Shown here piece by piece: positions 1 to 11,762 of a stretch of DNA of 64,000 nucleotides (its first letter is position 1; each line of letters starts with the position of its first letter). Made by a program: the position numbers and the translations under genes. The notes below the pieces were generated by a model. It did no database searches and was not told the origin of the DNA. It worked only from the letters and a program-made list of their open reading frames with translations. Source of the DNA: an uncultured Acidobacteriota bacterium (GTDB lineage: Bacteria; Acidobacteriota; Vicinamibacteria; Vicinamibacterales; CAVVIG01); NCBI GenBank assembly GCA_963720005.1, contig CAVREM010000112.1:110386-174385 (forward strand). Reading direction: 5' to 3'.

Positions 1-771
1 CCAAGGTCGCGGCGATGAAGGTCGACAACGTCAAGATCCGCGTCGACGACAACCTCGGCACGACGCCGAAGATGGCGCCGGAGGTCTACCGCGCGGTGAT
101 CGACGAGGCGCACAAGCGCGGGCTGCGCGTCGCCGTGCACCTCTTCTATCTCAACGACGCGAAGGGCGTCCTCGACGCCGGCGCCGACTTCATCGCCCAC
201 AGCGTGCGCGACAGCGACGTCGACGCCGACGTCATCGCCAAGATGAAGGCGCGCGGCATCTGCCTGTGCCCCACGCTGATGCGCGAGGTGTCGACCTACG
301 TCTACGAGTCGACGCCGGCGTTCTTCTCGGATCCGCTGTTCGTCGAAGTATTCCGACCCGCAGTGGATCAGCCAGCGGAAGGATCCGGCGTTCCAGGCGA
401 AGACGGCCAAGGACCCGACCGGCCAGCGCTACAAGGTGGCGCTCGAGGTCGCCAGCCGCAACATGAAGAAGCTCGCCGACGCCGGCGTGCCGATCGCGAT
501 GGGCACCGACACCGGTCCGGCCGGCCGGTTCCAGGGCTACTTCGAGCTGATGGAGCTGGAGCTGATGGCGAAGGCGGGGCTGACGCCGAAGCAGGTGCTC
601 CAGTCGGCGACGCGCGACGCCGCGCGCTGCCACAAGGTGGAGGCGGACCTGGGAACGCTCGAGGCGAAACGGTGGGCCGACTTCGTCGTCCTGAACGCCG
701 ATCCGCTCGCCAATATGTCGAACTCGGCAGATCGCGACGTGTATATCGCGGGAAACAAGGTGGCGAGATAG
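1..771 (+). CDS. Amidohydrolase family protein, 5'-truncated, frameshift near 350
   Basis: AHKRGLRVAVH and FIAHS, then in the second frame MGTD...SATRDAA...LGTLEAKRWADFVVLNADPL...VYIAG, typical of the amidohydrolase C-terminus. Confidence 0.8.
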
Positions 772-804
772 CGTCGGGAAACCTGGTAACTCGATACCGG
801 CAAC

Positions 805-883
805 TTTTCATGGCGGCGGGGCCAGCCGCGAACTGACGCTGATGCCTCGCTCGGATTGCGCCTCGGCTGGCATGGCCGCAGGC
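805..883. repeat. Dispersed structured element, copy 1 (copy 2 at 52073-52228)
   Basis: TGGCGGCGGGGCC...GCCGCGAACTGACGCTGATGCCTC...CTCGGCTGGCATGGCCGCAGGC is shared with the 52 kb copy. Confidence 0.75.
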
Positions 884-918
884 TCGCTACCCGGCTGTCC
901 GACTGCCCTTCCCGCCCG

Positions 919-1146
919 CTATTGTGCCGGCTTGTCTGCGCTCCCGGGACCGCCGCTTCGGCTGCGGAAAACCCGATGCGCGAGTGCGTGCCGTCGCAGA
1001 ACGGCTTGTTCGTCGACCCGCCGCAGCGGCACAGCGCGAACGGCCGCTTGGCAATCTGGTAGCTCGCCCCGTTCCAATCCACCACGCGTCACATCGTCGC
1101 CTTCGACCAGATACGGACCGTTCTGTCTGACTTTGATCGTCGCCAT
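919..1146 (-). CDS. CDGSH iron-sulfur domain protein (frameshifted)
   Basis: [16 protein letters not shown] joined to [18 protein letters not shown] (CDGSH motif). Confidence 0.85.
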   Translation of the reverse strand: MATIKVRQNGPYLVEGDDVTRGGLERGELPDCQAAVRAVPLRRVDEQAVLRRHALAHRVFRSRSGGPGSADKPAQ

Positions 1147-1153
1147 TGGTAGC

Positions 1154-1200
1154 CTCTGCGCCTCTGCGCCTCTGCGTCCTCTGCTCCCTCTGCGTCCTCG
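1154..1200. repeat. Tandem 8-9-mer array (CTCTGCGC/CTCTGCGTC)
   Basis: ctctgcgc ctctgcgc ctctgcgtc ctctgctcc ctctgcgtc between the rho stop and the CDGSH start. Confidence 0.8.
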
Positions 1201-1202
1201 AC

Positions 1203-2599
<1,397 letters not shown>

Positions 2600-2629
2600 G
2601 AGCGTGTCTTGATCTGATAGAAGGGTTGC

Positions 2630-3007
2630 CTATAGCGAGTACGGGTTCCTGCCGATGGCGACGATGCTGCAGGCGACGATCGGCTTGATGGACAGCGCGC
2701 GCGCGCGGGCGATCAACTCGTCGCTCTCGGCGCCTGGGTTCAGCCACACTTCCGCGATCTGCTTGCGAGCGATGTCGCCGATGATCTCTTCGCCGACTTC
2801 AGGCGGCACGTAGAACGAGGCCATGTCGATCGGACCGGGAACGTCGAGGACCGACGCGTAAGCTTTCAGGCCCTCGACCTCGCGCTCGTGCGGGTTGATC
2901 GGGACGACCGTATAGCCCTGATCGAGATAGGCGCGCACGGCGCGGTTGCCGAACTTCCGGCGGTTGTTCGAAGCGCCGATCACGGCGACGACCTTGGGTG
3001 TCTGCAT
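2630..3007 (-). CDS. CoA-binding protein (YccU-like)
   Basis: VAVIGASNNRRKFG...VVPINP...GLKAYASVLDVP...VWLNPGAES. Confidence 0.88.
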   Translation of the reverse strand: MQTPKVVAVIGASNNRRKFGNRAVRAYLDQGYTVVPINPHEREVEGLKAYASVLDVPGPIDMASFYVPPEVGEEIIGDIARKQIAEVWLNPGAESDELIARARALSIKPIVACSIVAIGRNPYSL

Positions 3008-3011
3008 CTAG

Positions 3012-3106
3012 TAATCGAGTGATCTGGTAATCGGGTGATTGATTGGAGGATTGACGGGCGAATCGTTCGATCGATCACCAGATTACCAGATTACGCAATC
3101 ATCCGA
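3012..3106. repeat. Inverted array of 8-mer units (GTAATCNG / CAGATTAC)
   Basis: gtaatcga gtgatctg gtaatcgg gtgattg ... gatcac cagattac cagattac, imperfect palindrome. Confidence 0.7.
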
Positions 3107-3111
3107 TCTCG

Positions 3112-4322
3112 CTACACGCGGGCCGCCGGCAGGTGCGTGCTGCTGCACGAACTCGAGCATACGGCGGCTGCCCTCGCGGAGGTTCTCCATCGAGGTGGCG
3201 TACGAGATGCGAACGAATCCGGGCGCGTCGAACGCCTCGCCCGGCGTCACCGCGACCCGCGCCTCGTCGAGCAGCGCCTTCGGCGAAGTCGGTCGACGTG
3301 CGGAAGCCGTCGACCGACAGCGCGTCGCTGACGTCGACGAACAGGTAGAAGGCGCCGGCCGGCTTGCGGCAGCGCAGCCGCGGATCGGCGGTCAGCCAGG
3401 CGTGCAGCGTGTCGCGGCGGTGCGGTACTCGTCGAGCATCGCCGTGACCGGCTCCTGCGAGCCGGTCAGCGCGGCGACGACGGCCTTCTGCGTGATCGAC
3501 GAGACGTTGGAGGTCGCGTGGCTCTGGATCGCGTTCTGCGCCGCGACCACCGCCGCCGGCGCCAGCGTCCAGCCGCAGCGCCAGCCGGTCATCGCGTAGG
3601 CCTTTGACGCCGATCCGCAGATCACCGCCAGATCGCGGCAGTGCCGTGTCCAGGACACGCCGGCAGGTTGTGCGGCACCGGGTCGTAGATCAGCTTCTCG
3701 TAGCAGAGGTCGACGATGACCCAGATACCGCGCCGCGCCGCCTCCTGCGCGATCGCCGCCAGATCCGTCTCGGAAATCAGCGCGCCGGTCGGGTTGCACG
3801 GCGAATTGATGATGATGCCGCGGGTTCGAGGCGTGATCGCGTCGAGGATCGGCCCGGACCGGATCGCGAACCCGTCCTCCGGCGAGCGTTCGCACCAGCA
3901 CCGGCGTGGCCTCGGCGAGCTTCACCTGTTCGGTCAGCGTCGGCCAGTACGGCGCGTGCGTGATGACCTCGTCGCCGGGGTTGAACAGCGCCAGCGCCGT
4001 GTTGAACAGCGCCTGCTTGCCGCCGGCGCTGGTGATGACCTCGTTTTCCTTGTATTCGACGCCGTAGTCCTGCGCGGTAGCGGTCGCAGATGGCCCGCTT
4101 CAACTCCGCGATCCCGCCGACCGGCGTGTACTTGGTGAAGTCGCGATCGATCGCGTCGTGCGCCGCCGCGTTGATCGCGGCGGCGTGCTGAAATCGGGCT
4201 CGCCGGCGCCGAAGTCGATCACCTCGACACCCTCGCGGCGCAGGCGGTCGACGGTCGCCGTGACCTTCATGGTCGGCGAGCTCGAGATGCGGGCAGTGCG
4301 GTCGGCCAGGCGTGGCGGTCAT
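3112..4322 (-). CDS. PLP-dependent class I/II aminotransferase (AspC-like), several frameshifts
   Basis: ISSSPTMKV, DFGAGEPDF, KYTPVGGIAEL, NSPCNPTG, SASKAYAMTGWRCGW, FVRISYA spread over several frames. Confidence 0.88.
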
Positions 4323-4807
4323 CGGACTGTCCGACTTTGCCTGCGGAGGCGCTCTTCGACCATGTCCGGCACCAGCCCGTGGACGCGGCCGCCGAGCGAG
4401 AAGACTTCCTTGATGAGCCGGGAGCTGATGTAGGTGTACTGCTCCGCCGGCATCATGAAAACGGTCTCGATTTTACCATTCAGGCGGCGGTTCATCAGCG
4501 CCATCTGGAACTCGAACTCGAAGTCGGAGACGGCGCGCAGCCCGCGCACGATGACCTGCGCCTGGCGCCGCTCGACGTAGTCGACGAGCAGTCCGTCGAA
4601 TGTGTCGACCTCGACGTTCGGCAGATCCTTGAAGACCGCGCGCGCGATCTCGACCCGCTCGGCCATCGAGAAGAGCGGCGCCTTCTCCGCGTTGACGAGG
4701 ATCGCGACGACGATGCGATCGAACAGCCGCGCGCCGCGCGTGATGATGTCGACGTGCCCGTTGGTCAGCGGGTCGAACGAACCGGGATAGACGGCTAAGG
4801 TAGCCAT
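4319..4807 (-). CDS. coaD: Pantetheine-phosphate adenylyltransferase
   Basis: AVYPGSFDPLTNGHVDII, VRGLRAVSDFEFE, YISSRLIKEV. Confidence 0.97.
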   Translation of the reverse strand: MATLAVYPGSFDPLTNGHVDIITRGARLFDRIVVAILVNAEKAPLFSMAERVEIARAVFKDLPNVEVDTFDGLLVDYVERRQAQVIVRGLRAVSDFEFEFQMALMNRRLNGKIETVFMMPAEQYTYISSRLIKEVFSLGGRVHGLVPDMVEERLRRQSRTVR

Positions 4808-4815
4808 GCTTATAG

Positions 4816-4885
4816 GTGGGGCTCCGCCCCACACCCCGGCTCGGTCGCTCGCGGGGACCCCAAGCCCCGCTCCACTCCCTAGCTA
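4816..4885. repeat. GC-rich palindromic intergenic element
   Basis: GGGGCTCCGCCCC and GCGGGG-ACCCCAAG-CCCCGC stem-loops between rsmD and coaD. Confidence 0.45.
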
Positions 4886-4938
4886 CGGGACGCTCGAGCG
4901 CCTTAGCGTGACGAGGCTCGCAGGCGCGCTGTGCGCGC

Positions 4939-5519
4939 CTAGCTGTAGGCTGCGTGGGTCCAAGTGCTAGCGCGCTCATAGAACGTCAGCATGGAGTCAC
5001 CGGACGTCACCTCCGTACACGAACCAGCCGGCCCGCCTGTTCGGGCGCCGGCGCGCGCCGCGCGTGCTCGAGCACGACCACCCCGCCCGGCGCGACCAGC
5101 GCGTCGATCTTCATCAGCGCCGCGTGGCCCGGCATGGCGTAAGGCGGGTCCAGCAGGACGATGTCGAAGGGCTCGAAACCAGAGGCCTGCAGCGTCGCGA
5201 CGGCGCGGTCGACGGCGCCGCGCACGAGATTATAGCCGGTGTCAATTCCGCACTCCGCCAGGTTGGCCGCAATCAGCGCCTGCGCCCGGCGATCCTGTTC
5301 CACGAACGTCACCGCCGCGGCGCCGCGGCTCAGGGCCTCGATGCCGAGCGCCCCGGTGCCGGCAAAGGCGTCGAGCACGCGCGCGCCGGCGATGCGCGGC
5401 GCGAGGATGTTGAACAGCGTCTCGCGCAGCTTGTCTGACGTCGGGCGCAGGCCGTCCCAGTCGGGCGCTTTCAGACGCCGGCCCTTAAGCGATCCCGCAA
5501 TGATTCGAAGACCAGCCAA
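4939..5519 (-). CDS. rsmD: 16S rRNA m2G966 methyltransferase (3' frameshift, start approximate)
   Basis: LRIIAGSLKGRRL, LRPTSDKLRETLFN, LDAFAGTGALGIEALSRGA, LLDPPY. Confidence 0.93.
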
Positions 5520-5676
5520 TTTTTGCACAGCGGCTGGGCCACACCGGCCGCGAATGACGTGATCCGCGGCGAGCTATCGCGTAAGTTCGCGGACGGGGGT
5601 GCGGACCCCTGCCGCCAGCGCGAAGCAAGTTGGCTGGCTCGCATCACGTCGTGTGTCCGCGACCCGTCAGCCTACG

Positions 5677-7774
5677 TTAGCCGACCTCGATCAACTGAAA
5701 GCGTTTGTGCCAGCCGTCGAGGATTTTCGCCATCGCGTCGCTCGAGGGCGCCGACGAGGCGAGCCAGTCGGCCGCCTCGCGGCGCGCCGTGTCGAGCAGC
5801 TCGCGGTCGCGCACGAGATCGATGACGCGAAACGTCGGCGCGCCGGCCTGGCGCGTGCCGAAGAAGTCGCCGGGGCCGCGCAGCAGCAGGTCGCGTTCGG
5901 CGATGTCGAAGCCGTCGGTCGTGTCGGTCATCGCCTTCAGCCGCTCGCGCGCGTCGTCGGACAGCGGCGCCTGATAGATCAGGCAGCAGGACGACTGATG
6001 CCGATCGCGGCCGACGCGGCCGCGCAGCTGGTGCAGCTGCGACAAGCCCGAACCGCTCCGCGTGCTCGACGATCATCACACTCGCGTTCGGCACGTCGAC
6101 GCCGACCTCGACCACCGTCGTCGAGACGAGCACCTGGATGTCGCCCGCCGCAAAGGCCTTCATGATCCGCTCCTTGCGCGTCGGCCTTCATGCGCCCGTG
6201 CAGCAGTCCGACCTGGAATGCCGGGAACACGTCCTGAGCGAGCGTGTCGGCCATCTCGGTCGCGGCCTTGAGATCGACCTTGGCCGACTCCTCGACGAGC
6301 GGGTAGACGACGTACGCCTGCCGGCCGGCCTCGAGCTGGTCCTTGACGAACGCGTGGATCTCGTCGCGGCGCGATTCCGGTTTCGCAATCGTGCGTGACC
6401 GGCAGCCGGCCCGGCGGCAGCTCGCGAATCAGCGACACGTCCAGGTCGCCGTACAGCGTCAGCGCCAGCGTGCGTGGGATCGGCGTCGCCGTCATCACCA
6501 GCACGTCTGGCCGCAGGCCTTTCGATCGGAGCGTCGCCCGCTGCAGCACGCCGAACCGGTGCTGTTCGTCGATGATCACCAGCCCGAGCTGCTTGAAGCG
6601 CACGTCTCCCTGGACGAGTGCGTGCGTGCCCACGGCCAGGTGCAAGCGTGCCCGCTTCGATCTCGGCCAGTTGCTCCCGCCGCTTCGCGGCGCCGGCCGA
6701 GCCGGTCAGCAGGGCGACCCGAAACCGCGAGTTCTGCAGCAGCCGGGAGATGTTCAGGAAATGCTGCTCGGCCAGGATCTCGGTCGGCGCCATGAACGCG
6801 ACCTGGAGGCCGTTCTCCATCGCGACCAGCGCCGCGATCAAGGCGACGATCGTCTTGCCCGCGCCGACATCGCCCTGCAGCAGCCGGTTCATCGGCGCGG
6901 GACGCTGCATGTCGTCGACGATGTCCTTGAGCGCGCTGCGCTGGCCGCCGGTGAGCTTGAACGGCAGGACCGCCCGCGCCGACGCGCGGATCCGATCGTC
7001 GACGGTGACCACCGCCGGCTTTTGCTCAGCCGCCGCGGCGCGCCGCCGTGCCAGCAGGCCCATCTGAAACAGGAAGGCCTCCTCGAAGATGAGGCCGCGC
7101 TGCGCCGGTGTGTCGAACCGATTGAGTTGCGCCACCGGCAGATCCGCTGCGGGAAAGTGGGCGCCGACCAGGGAGGCCCGCCGCGTGGGCAGGTTCAGCC
7201 GGAGCCTCACCGCCTCCGGCAGCACGTCGGGCAGATCGGACGGCAGGTGCTGCAGCACGTCATACATCAGACGCCGTTGCATCTTCGGCGTCACGCTTCC
7301 GGCTCTCTCGTAAACCGGCACGATGCGACCGGTATGAATCGTGTCGGCATCCTCGTCGTCGAGGATCTCGTACTGCGGGTTGGTCAGCTGCAGGCCGCCG
7401 TGGCCGCGCATCTCGACCAGGCCGAACAGCACGACGTGCTGCCCCGACGCGAAGACGTCGCGCAGGAACGGCTGGTTCAGCCAGCTCACGCGGATCGTCG
7501 CCGACGAATCCTGGACGGCCGCCTCGAAGATCTTGAATCCCGGCCGCCTCGTGGAACGCAGTCCGCAGCTCAGGATGCGTCCTGCAATCGATGCGCTCTG
7601 GCCCGGCTTGAGCGAGGCGATCGTCGCAAAGCGACTGCGGTCTTCGTAGCGCAGCGGAAAGCGGTACAGCAGGTCTTCGACGATATGCAAGCCAGCGCGC
7701 GCCAGATCGGCCGCGCGCCGCGGGCCAACGCCCTTCAGGTACTGGAGCGACGTGGCGAGGAAGTCTTCGGGCAA
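5677..7774 (-). CDS. recG: ATP-dependent DNA helicase RecG (several frameshifts)
   Basis: [70 protein letters not shown]. Confidence 0.96.
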
Positions 7775-7775
7775 A

Positions 7776-7901
7776 CTGAAATTTAAGATTTCAGATTTAA
7801 GATTTCAGATTGGTGATCGAGAATTGGCTGTCGATCGACGCTGGAATGCCAACTCTTGCCGCGCCAATCTTAAATCTGAAATCTGAAATCTTAAATTTCA
7901 G
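7776..7901. repeat. Long inverted repeat made of AGATTT(C/A) heptamers
   Basis: 38-nt arms 7776-7813 and 7864-7901 are complementary at 36 of 38 positions. Confidence 0.92.
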
Positions 7902-7905
7902 CGCT

Positions 7906-8514
7906 CTATTGGACGACTATCGCCCGTCCGCGCTCGACCTGGATCTCGCGGATCCCGGCGGGGAGCGTAAACGGATCGTCCAGGCTGATGCCGGAGGGAA
8001 ACGTCGCGGACCGTGAGTAGTAGCTGACGATCTGCTGGAGCACGAGCTTCGGGACGCGCACGCCGGAAACCGTGGCCGATTCGAACTGTAACCGTGCGAC
8101 GCCGTCGCGGCTTGCGAGTGTGCCGGTTGCGACGACGGGGAGCCGGCCCCGGAGATAGCTGAGGGGATTGAGAACACTGGTGGCACCAATGCCCTGCCGC
8201 ACGCGATCGAGGTCGACGACGGCCTGACCCGATGCGCGGCCCTGGCCCAGCATCACGACGGCCGGTGAGACGACACCGGAGGGCAGATCGTCGCCAAGTT
8301 CGAGCGCCAGGTAGCCGTTGACTTCGGGTTCGGTGACGGTCGTGCTGGCCCGTTCAGGCCTTGCGGCCGCCGCCCCGCCGCGGCGAGTGATCTCCGCGAC
8401 CTTGACCTTGAAGGCATCCGCATCCCGCCGCGCGACGATTGGATCCGGCACGGCGTACAGGGTCGATGTCAGAAGAACCCCGAGGGACGCAACAAGAAGC
8501 CAGCGGCCGGACAT
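7906..8514 (-). CDS. Hypothetical exported protein (DUF2140/LmeA-like, tentative)
   Basis: Signal peptide, VTEPEVNGYL, C-terminal LPAGIREIQVERGRAIV; co-oriented with the ECF cluster. Confidence 0.65.
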   Translation of the reverse strand: MSGRWLLVASLGVLLTSTLYAVPDPIVARRDADAFKVKVAEITRRGGAAAARPERASTTVTEPEVNGYLALELGDDLPSGVVSPAVVMLGQGRASGQAVVDLDRVRQGIGATSVLNPLSYLRGRLPVVATGTLASRDGVARLQFESATVSGVRVPKLVLQQIVSYYSRSATFPSGISLDDPFTLPAGIREIQVERGRAIVVQ

Positions 8515-8544
8515 CAGCGAAAGTGGACCACGCCGTCCGCCCGT

Positions 8545-8600
8545 TTCTCAGCTCCTCAGTTCCCCAGCTCCTCAGTTCCCTAGTTTCTCGGCTCCTCGTT
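8545..8600. repeat. Tandem 8-mer array (TYCYCAGY)
   Basis: ttctcagc tcctcagt tccccagc tcctcagt tccctagt ttctcggc, overlapping the stop at 8580. Confidence 0.75.
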
Positions 8601-9179
8601 CGTCTGGGGCTGATTCTGGCGGCCGCGGCCCTGGCGGGCTCGCATCAGCAGCTCGATCTTCCGCTGCTCCATCGTTTCCTCGAAGATGCGGAACCGTGCC
8701 TGCTGATACGGGTTGAGGACCTGATCGATGGCAATGCGCTGCTGCTGGATCTCCGTACCCGCGCGCGACTCGAGGTCGTCGAGGGCCTTCAGCCGCTCCC
8801 TGATAGTTCCTTCGTCGACGGTACCGGCACGGGCGGCGGTCATGCGGCGGAGCTCCTGGAGCATTCGCTGACGCTCGCCCTGCGAGCGCCGGCGCGTGTC
8901 CTGCCAGGCACGGACCCGCGACAGGAAGCGCGGAAACTGCTCGTCCGACAGCTGCAGGATGTCCTGCGCCTGAATCAGCATGTAGCCATCGAGCATGCGT
9001 TGGATTTCAGCTGGCGAGACGGCAGGATCGCCCGCTCCCGGCGCGCCGCCAGGAGCCACCCGGCGACCCTGAGCCGCCAGCGTTGGCGCCGTCGCGAGCA
9101 AGACTCCAATGACGGCCGCAAGCACGCCGTGCACCTTGAGCATCCTGCGCACCTTGTGCACCCGGTGAACCATCGTCAT
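8580..9179 (-). CDS. Periplasmic Spy/CpxP / heavy-metal-sensor-like helical protein
   Basis: Signal peptide, LQLSDEQ and VLNPYQQARF (LTxxQ-like motifs), helical hairpin. Confidence 0.7.
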   Translation of the reverse strand: MTMVHRVHKVRRMLKVHGVLAAVIGVLLATAPTLAAQGRRVAPGGAPGAGDPAVSPAEIQRMLDGYMLIQAQDILQLSDEQFPRFLSRVRAWQDTRRRSQGERQRMLQELRRMTAARAGTVDEGTIRERLKALDDLESRAGTEIQQQRIAIDQVLNPYQQARFRIFEETMEQRKIELLMRARQGRGRQNQPQTNEEPRN

Positions 9180-9760
9180 GCCCCGGACGCTGCCAGCGCC
9201 TCCTGGAGGAGCCGATGCAACTCGAGCCGTTCCTCGTCGGAGAGGGCGAGCACGACGCCGTCGACTGCTCCCTCGGTCGGTACGAGACCCGCTTCCGCCG
9301 CCGCCTCCCAGTCCATCCCCGCGCTGAGGTCGGCGAGCAGCGTCAGGGCCGGATCCTCGTCGAATGCCGGCACGGCGTCGGCGCGCAACAGCTCGGCCGA
9401 TGGTTCAGACGACGAATCGGTCGTGCCCGGCGCCGGAACTCGCCGGAGCGCAGGCCCGACCACGAGCACCACCGCCACGATGACCACTGCCGCGGCGGCA
9501 AATCGCCACCACCCGTGCGACAGGAAACCTGGCCGCTCGGCGCGGAGCTCTTCGGCAACCGCCGTACGAACCCGTTCGGACAGGTGATTCCAGAAAAGCG
9601 GCGACGGCTCCGGGACGCTCACCTCCGCGGCGGCTTCGATGGCGCCGCGCAGCTCCGAGATCTGGCGGGCGCAGAACGCGCACGACTGCAGGTGCGGGAA
9701 CTCGCGGTCGACCCGCGTCCCGTCCGCCACGTCCAGCAGCTGTTCAGGAGTGAGATGCAC
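9176..9760 (-). CDS. Zinc-binding (ZAS/zf-HC2) anti-sigma factor with one TM helix
   Basis: MHL...HLQSCAFC (HxxxCxxC), TM helix, directly downstream of the ECF sigma gene. Confidence 0.85.
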   Translation of the reverse strand: MHLTPEQLLDVADGTRVDREFPHLQSCAFCARQISELRGAIEAAAEVSVPEPSPLFWNHLSERVRTAVAEELRAERPGFLSHGWWRFAAAAVVIVAVVLVVGPALRRVPAPGTTDSSSEPSAELLRADAVPAFDEDPALTLLADLSAGMDWEAAAEAGLVPTEGAVDGVVLALSDEERLELHRLLQEALAASGA

Positions 9761-9761
9761 G

Positions 9762-10400
9762 TCAGATCACCTGGTCGCCAAGCATTTTCTTCAAGTTCTG
9801 CAGCGCATGAAACACGTTCGCCTTGACGGCCCCGACCGAGCTGCCGAGCGCCTCCGCGATCTCGTGATGCGCCATATCGTGGTACATGCGAAGAATCAGG
9901 GCGGCGCGCTGTTTGCGGGGCAGCTGCGCGATCGCGGCCCGCACCCGCGCGGCCCGCTCGCTCCGCAGCACGCCATCGGCCGCGCTTTCGCCGCGCGTGT
10001 CGACGTGCTGCCGGTCGTCGATCGGTTCGGTATGAGGCGCCTTGACGCTCAAGCGGTTCAGGCACACATTCACGCCGATACGGTACAGCCACGTGGCGAG
10101 CGACGACTGTCCCCGAAAGTTTCGCAGGCCGCGGTACGCGCGCAGGAAGACGTCCTGCGTCAGGTCGCTCGCATCCTCGTGGTTGGCGACGAACCGGTAG
10201 CACAGCTGATACACGGCGCGCTGATGCCGCTCGACGACGACGTCGAACGCCCCCGGCCGGCCGCTGAGGCACGCCGCAACCAGTTCGGCGTCGCCGATAT
10301 CCGGCGGGATGGTCACGGCCGCCGGTTCAGGACCAACCACGGTGAGCTGCCATTCAGGTTCGCCCGTCCGCGGCATGGTCCACGTAATTACAGGCGCCAT
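9762..10400 (-). CDS. ECF sigma factor
   Basis: DASDLTQDVFLRAY, FRGQSSLATWLYRI, region 4 HEIAEALGSSVGAVK. Confidence 0.93.
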   Translation of the reverse strand: MAPVITWTMPRTGEPEWQLTVVGPEPAAVTIPPDIGDAELVAACLSGRPGAFDVVVERHQRAVYQLCYRFVANHEDASDLTQDVFLRAYRGLRNFRGQSSLATWLYRIGVNVCLNRLSVKAPHTEPIDDRQHVDTRGESAADGVLRSERAARVRAAIAQLPRKQRAALILRMYHDMAHHEIAEALGSSVGAVKANVFHALQNLKKMLGDQVI

Positions 10401-10461
10401 CGTCGCAGAAAGCCCATTGTCCCGTTAGACCGGAGGCAGGGGTGCAATGTAAAAAGCCAGG

Positions 10462-11762
10462 CTACCGCCTGGCAATCACCGCGTAATCCATTGACGAAAA
10501 CAGGCGCGCGTTGAGCTTGTGCGCGTGGTCGTTCACTGCCGCCGCGACTTCGACCATTCCAAATACACCGCCGGCGAGGAAACCGGGTTCGACGGTCTCG
10601 AGCCGATCGCCGGCCGATACCGGCTGCCGGAAGCGCACGTCGACCGACGAGAACCCGCTGGCCTCGACCAGGTAGCGCAGGGTGTCGGGATGGAGCGGCC
10701 GCTGATGGGTCAGGTCGCGGATATACGTTTCGAAGAACGCCATCCAGCATGCGGCGTTGATGGTCTCGAGCACGAGCGGCGCGCCCGGCTTCATCTTGTG
10801 AAACGCGGCGTCCAGCAATCGCACGAGGTACGCCGGATCGAAATGCTCCACGACCTGGATGGCCGCGACGGCGCCCAGGCTGGCATCAGGCTGACGTTCG
10901 AGGAATGAGAGCGCATCGCCCTGCTCGACGTCGAGCTGTTGAGACCGGCACAGCTCGACCATCGCCGCGTTGGCGTCGACGCCGCGCGCCCTGATACCGC
11001 GTGCCTTGAGCGCGCCGAGCAGCTCGCCGCGACCGCAGCCGATGTCGACGACATCGTTCGCCCGCTCGAGAATCGGCAGGTACTCCTCGATCCGCCGCGC
11101 GAGTCGGGCGATGACCCTCGGAAGCGATTCTCGAAGCCGACGTAGGTCACGGAGTCGACCGGGCGCGCGAACGCGCCGGCTGCTGTTGACTGCGGCGTGG
11201 CCGCGGCGCCGGCCGTCCGGTCCAGTTCGCGCTTGATCGCCTGGACCCGCTGCTCGGCCAGGGCCAGCCGATCGCGAACCTCGGTCCCGCCCAGGCTGCG
11301 ATCCTTGGTGTCGACATAGGCGGTGACGGTCTGCAGGTACTGGACGAGCTGCGACTCGAATCGCGCAATCGCCTGCAGTTCGGCCTGCATCGTCTCGCGA
11401 AGGCGCGTGGCCGCTTCGACCCACTTGTCGTGGGCGTCGGCGGCGCGGTTCAGATGGTCGGCGACGGCCGCGTTGAACTCTGCCTGTTTTTGAAGCGATG
11501 GACCAATCAACCGCCAGATGAACCCGGCCAGTCGTCCTTTCAGAGAACCCTCGACAGATGGCGATCCCTGGGGGAGGATTTGCGCTCGGCCGTTGATCGC
11601 CGCGAGCTGCGACCGATCGGCGGTCGCCGGCCCCGGCGGCAGCACGGCCGGCGGCGAAATCGCGCGATCGAGTGCCGTCAAGGCGTCGTTATAGATCCGG
11701 TCGGCCGCCAGCCGTTCGCGCTCCAGGCGGGCGACGAGATCGTCGAGGGGCTCGGGGGTCAC
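10462..11762 (-). CDS. Coiled-coil plus class I SAM methyltransferase (frameshift near 11115)
   Basis: N-terminal coiled coil, YVGFENRFRG, VVDIGCGRGE, QVVEH, LVLETIN, DLTHQRPLHP. Confidence 0.85.
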
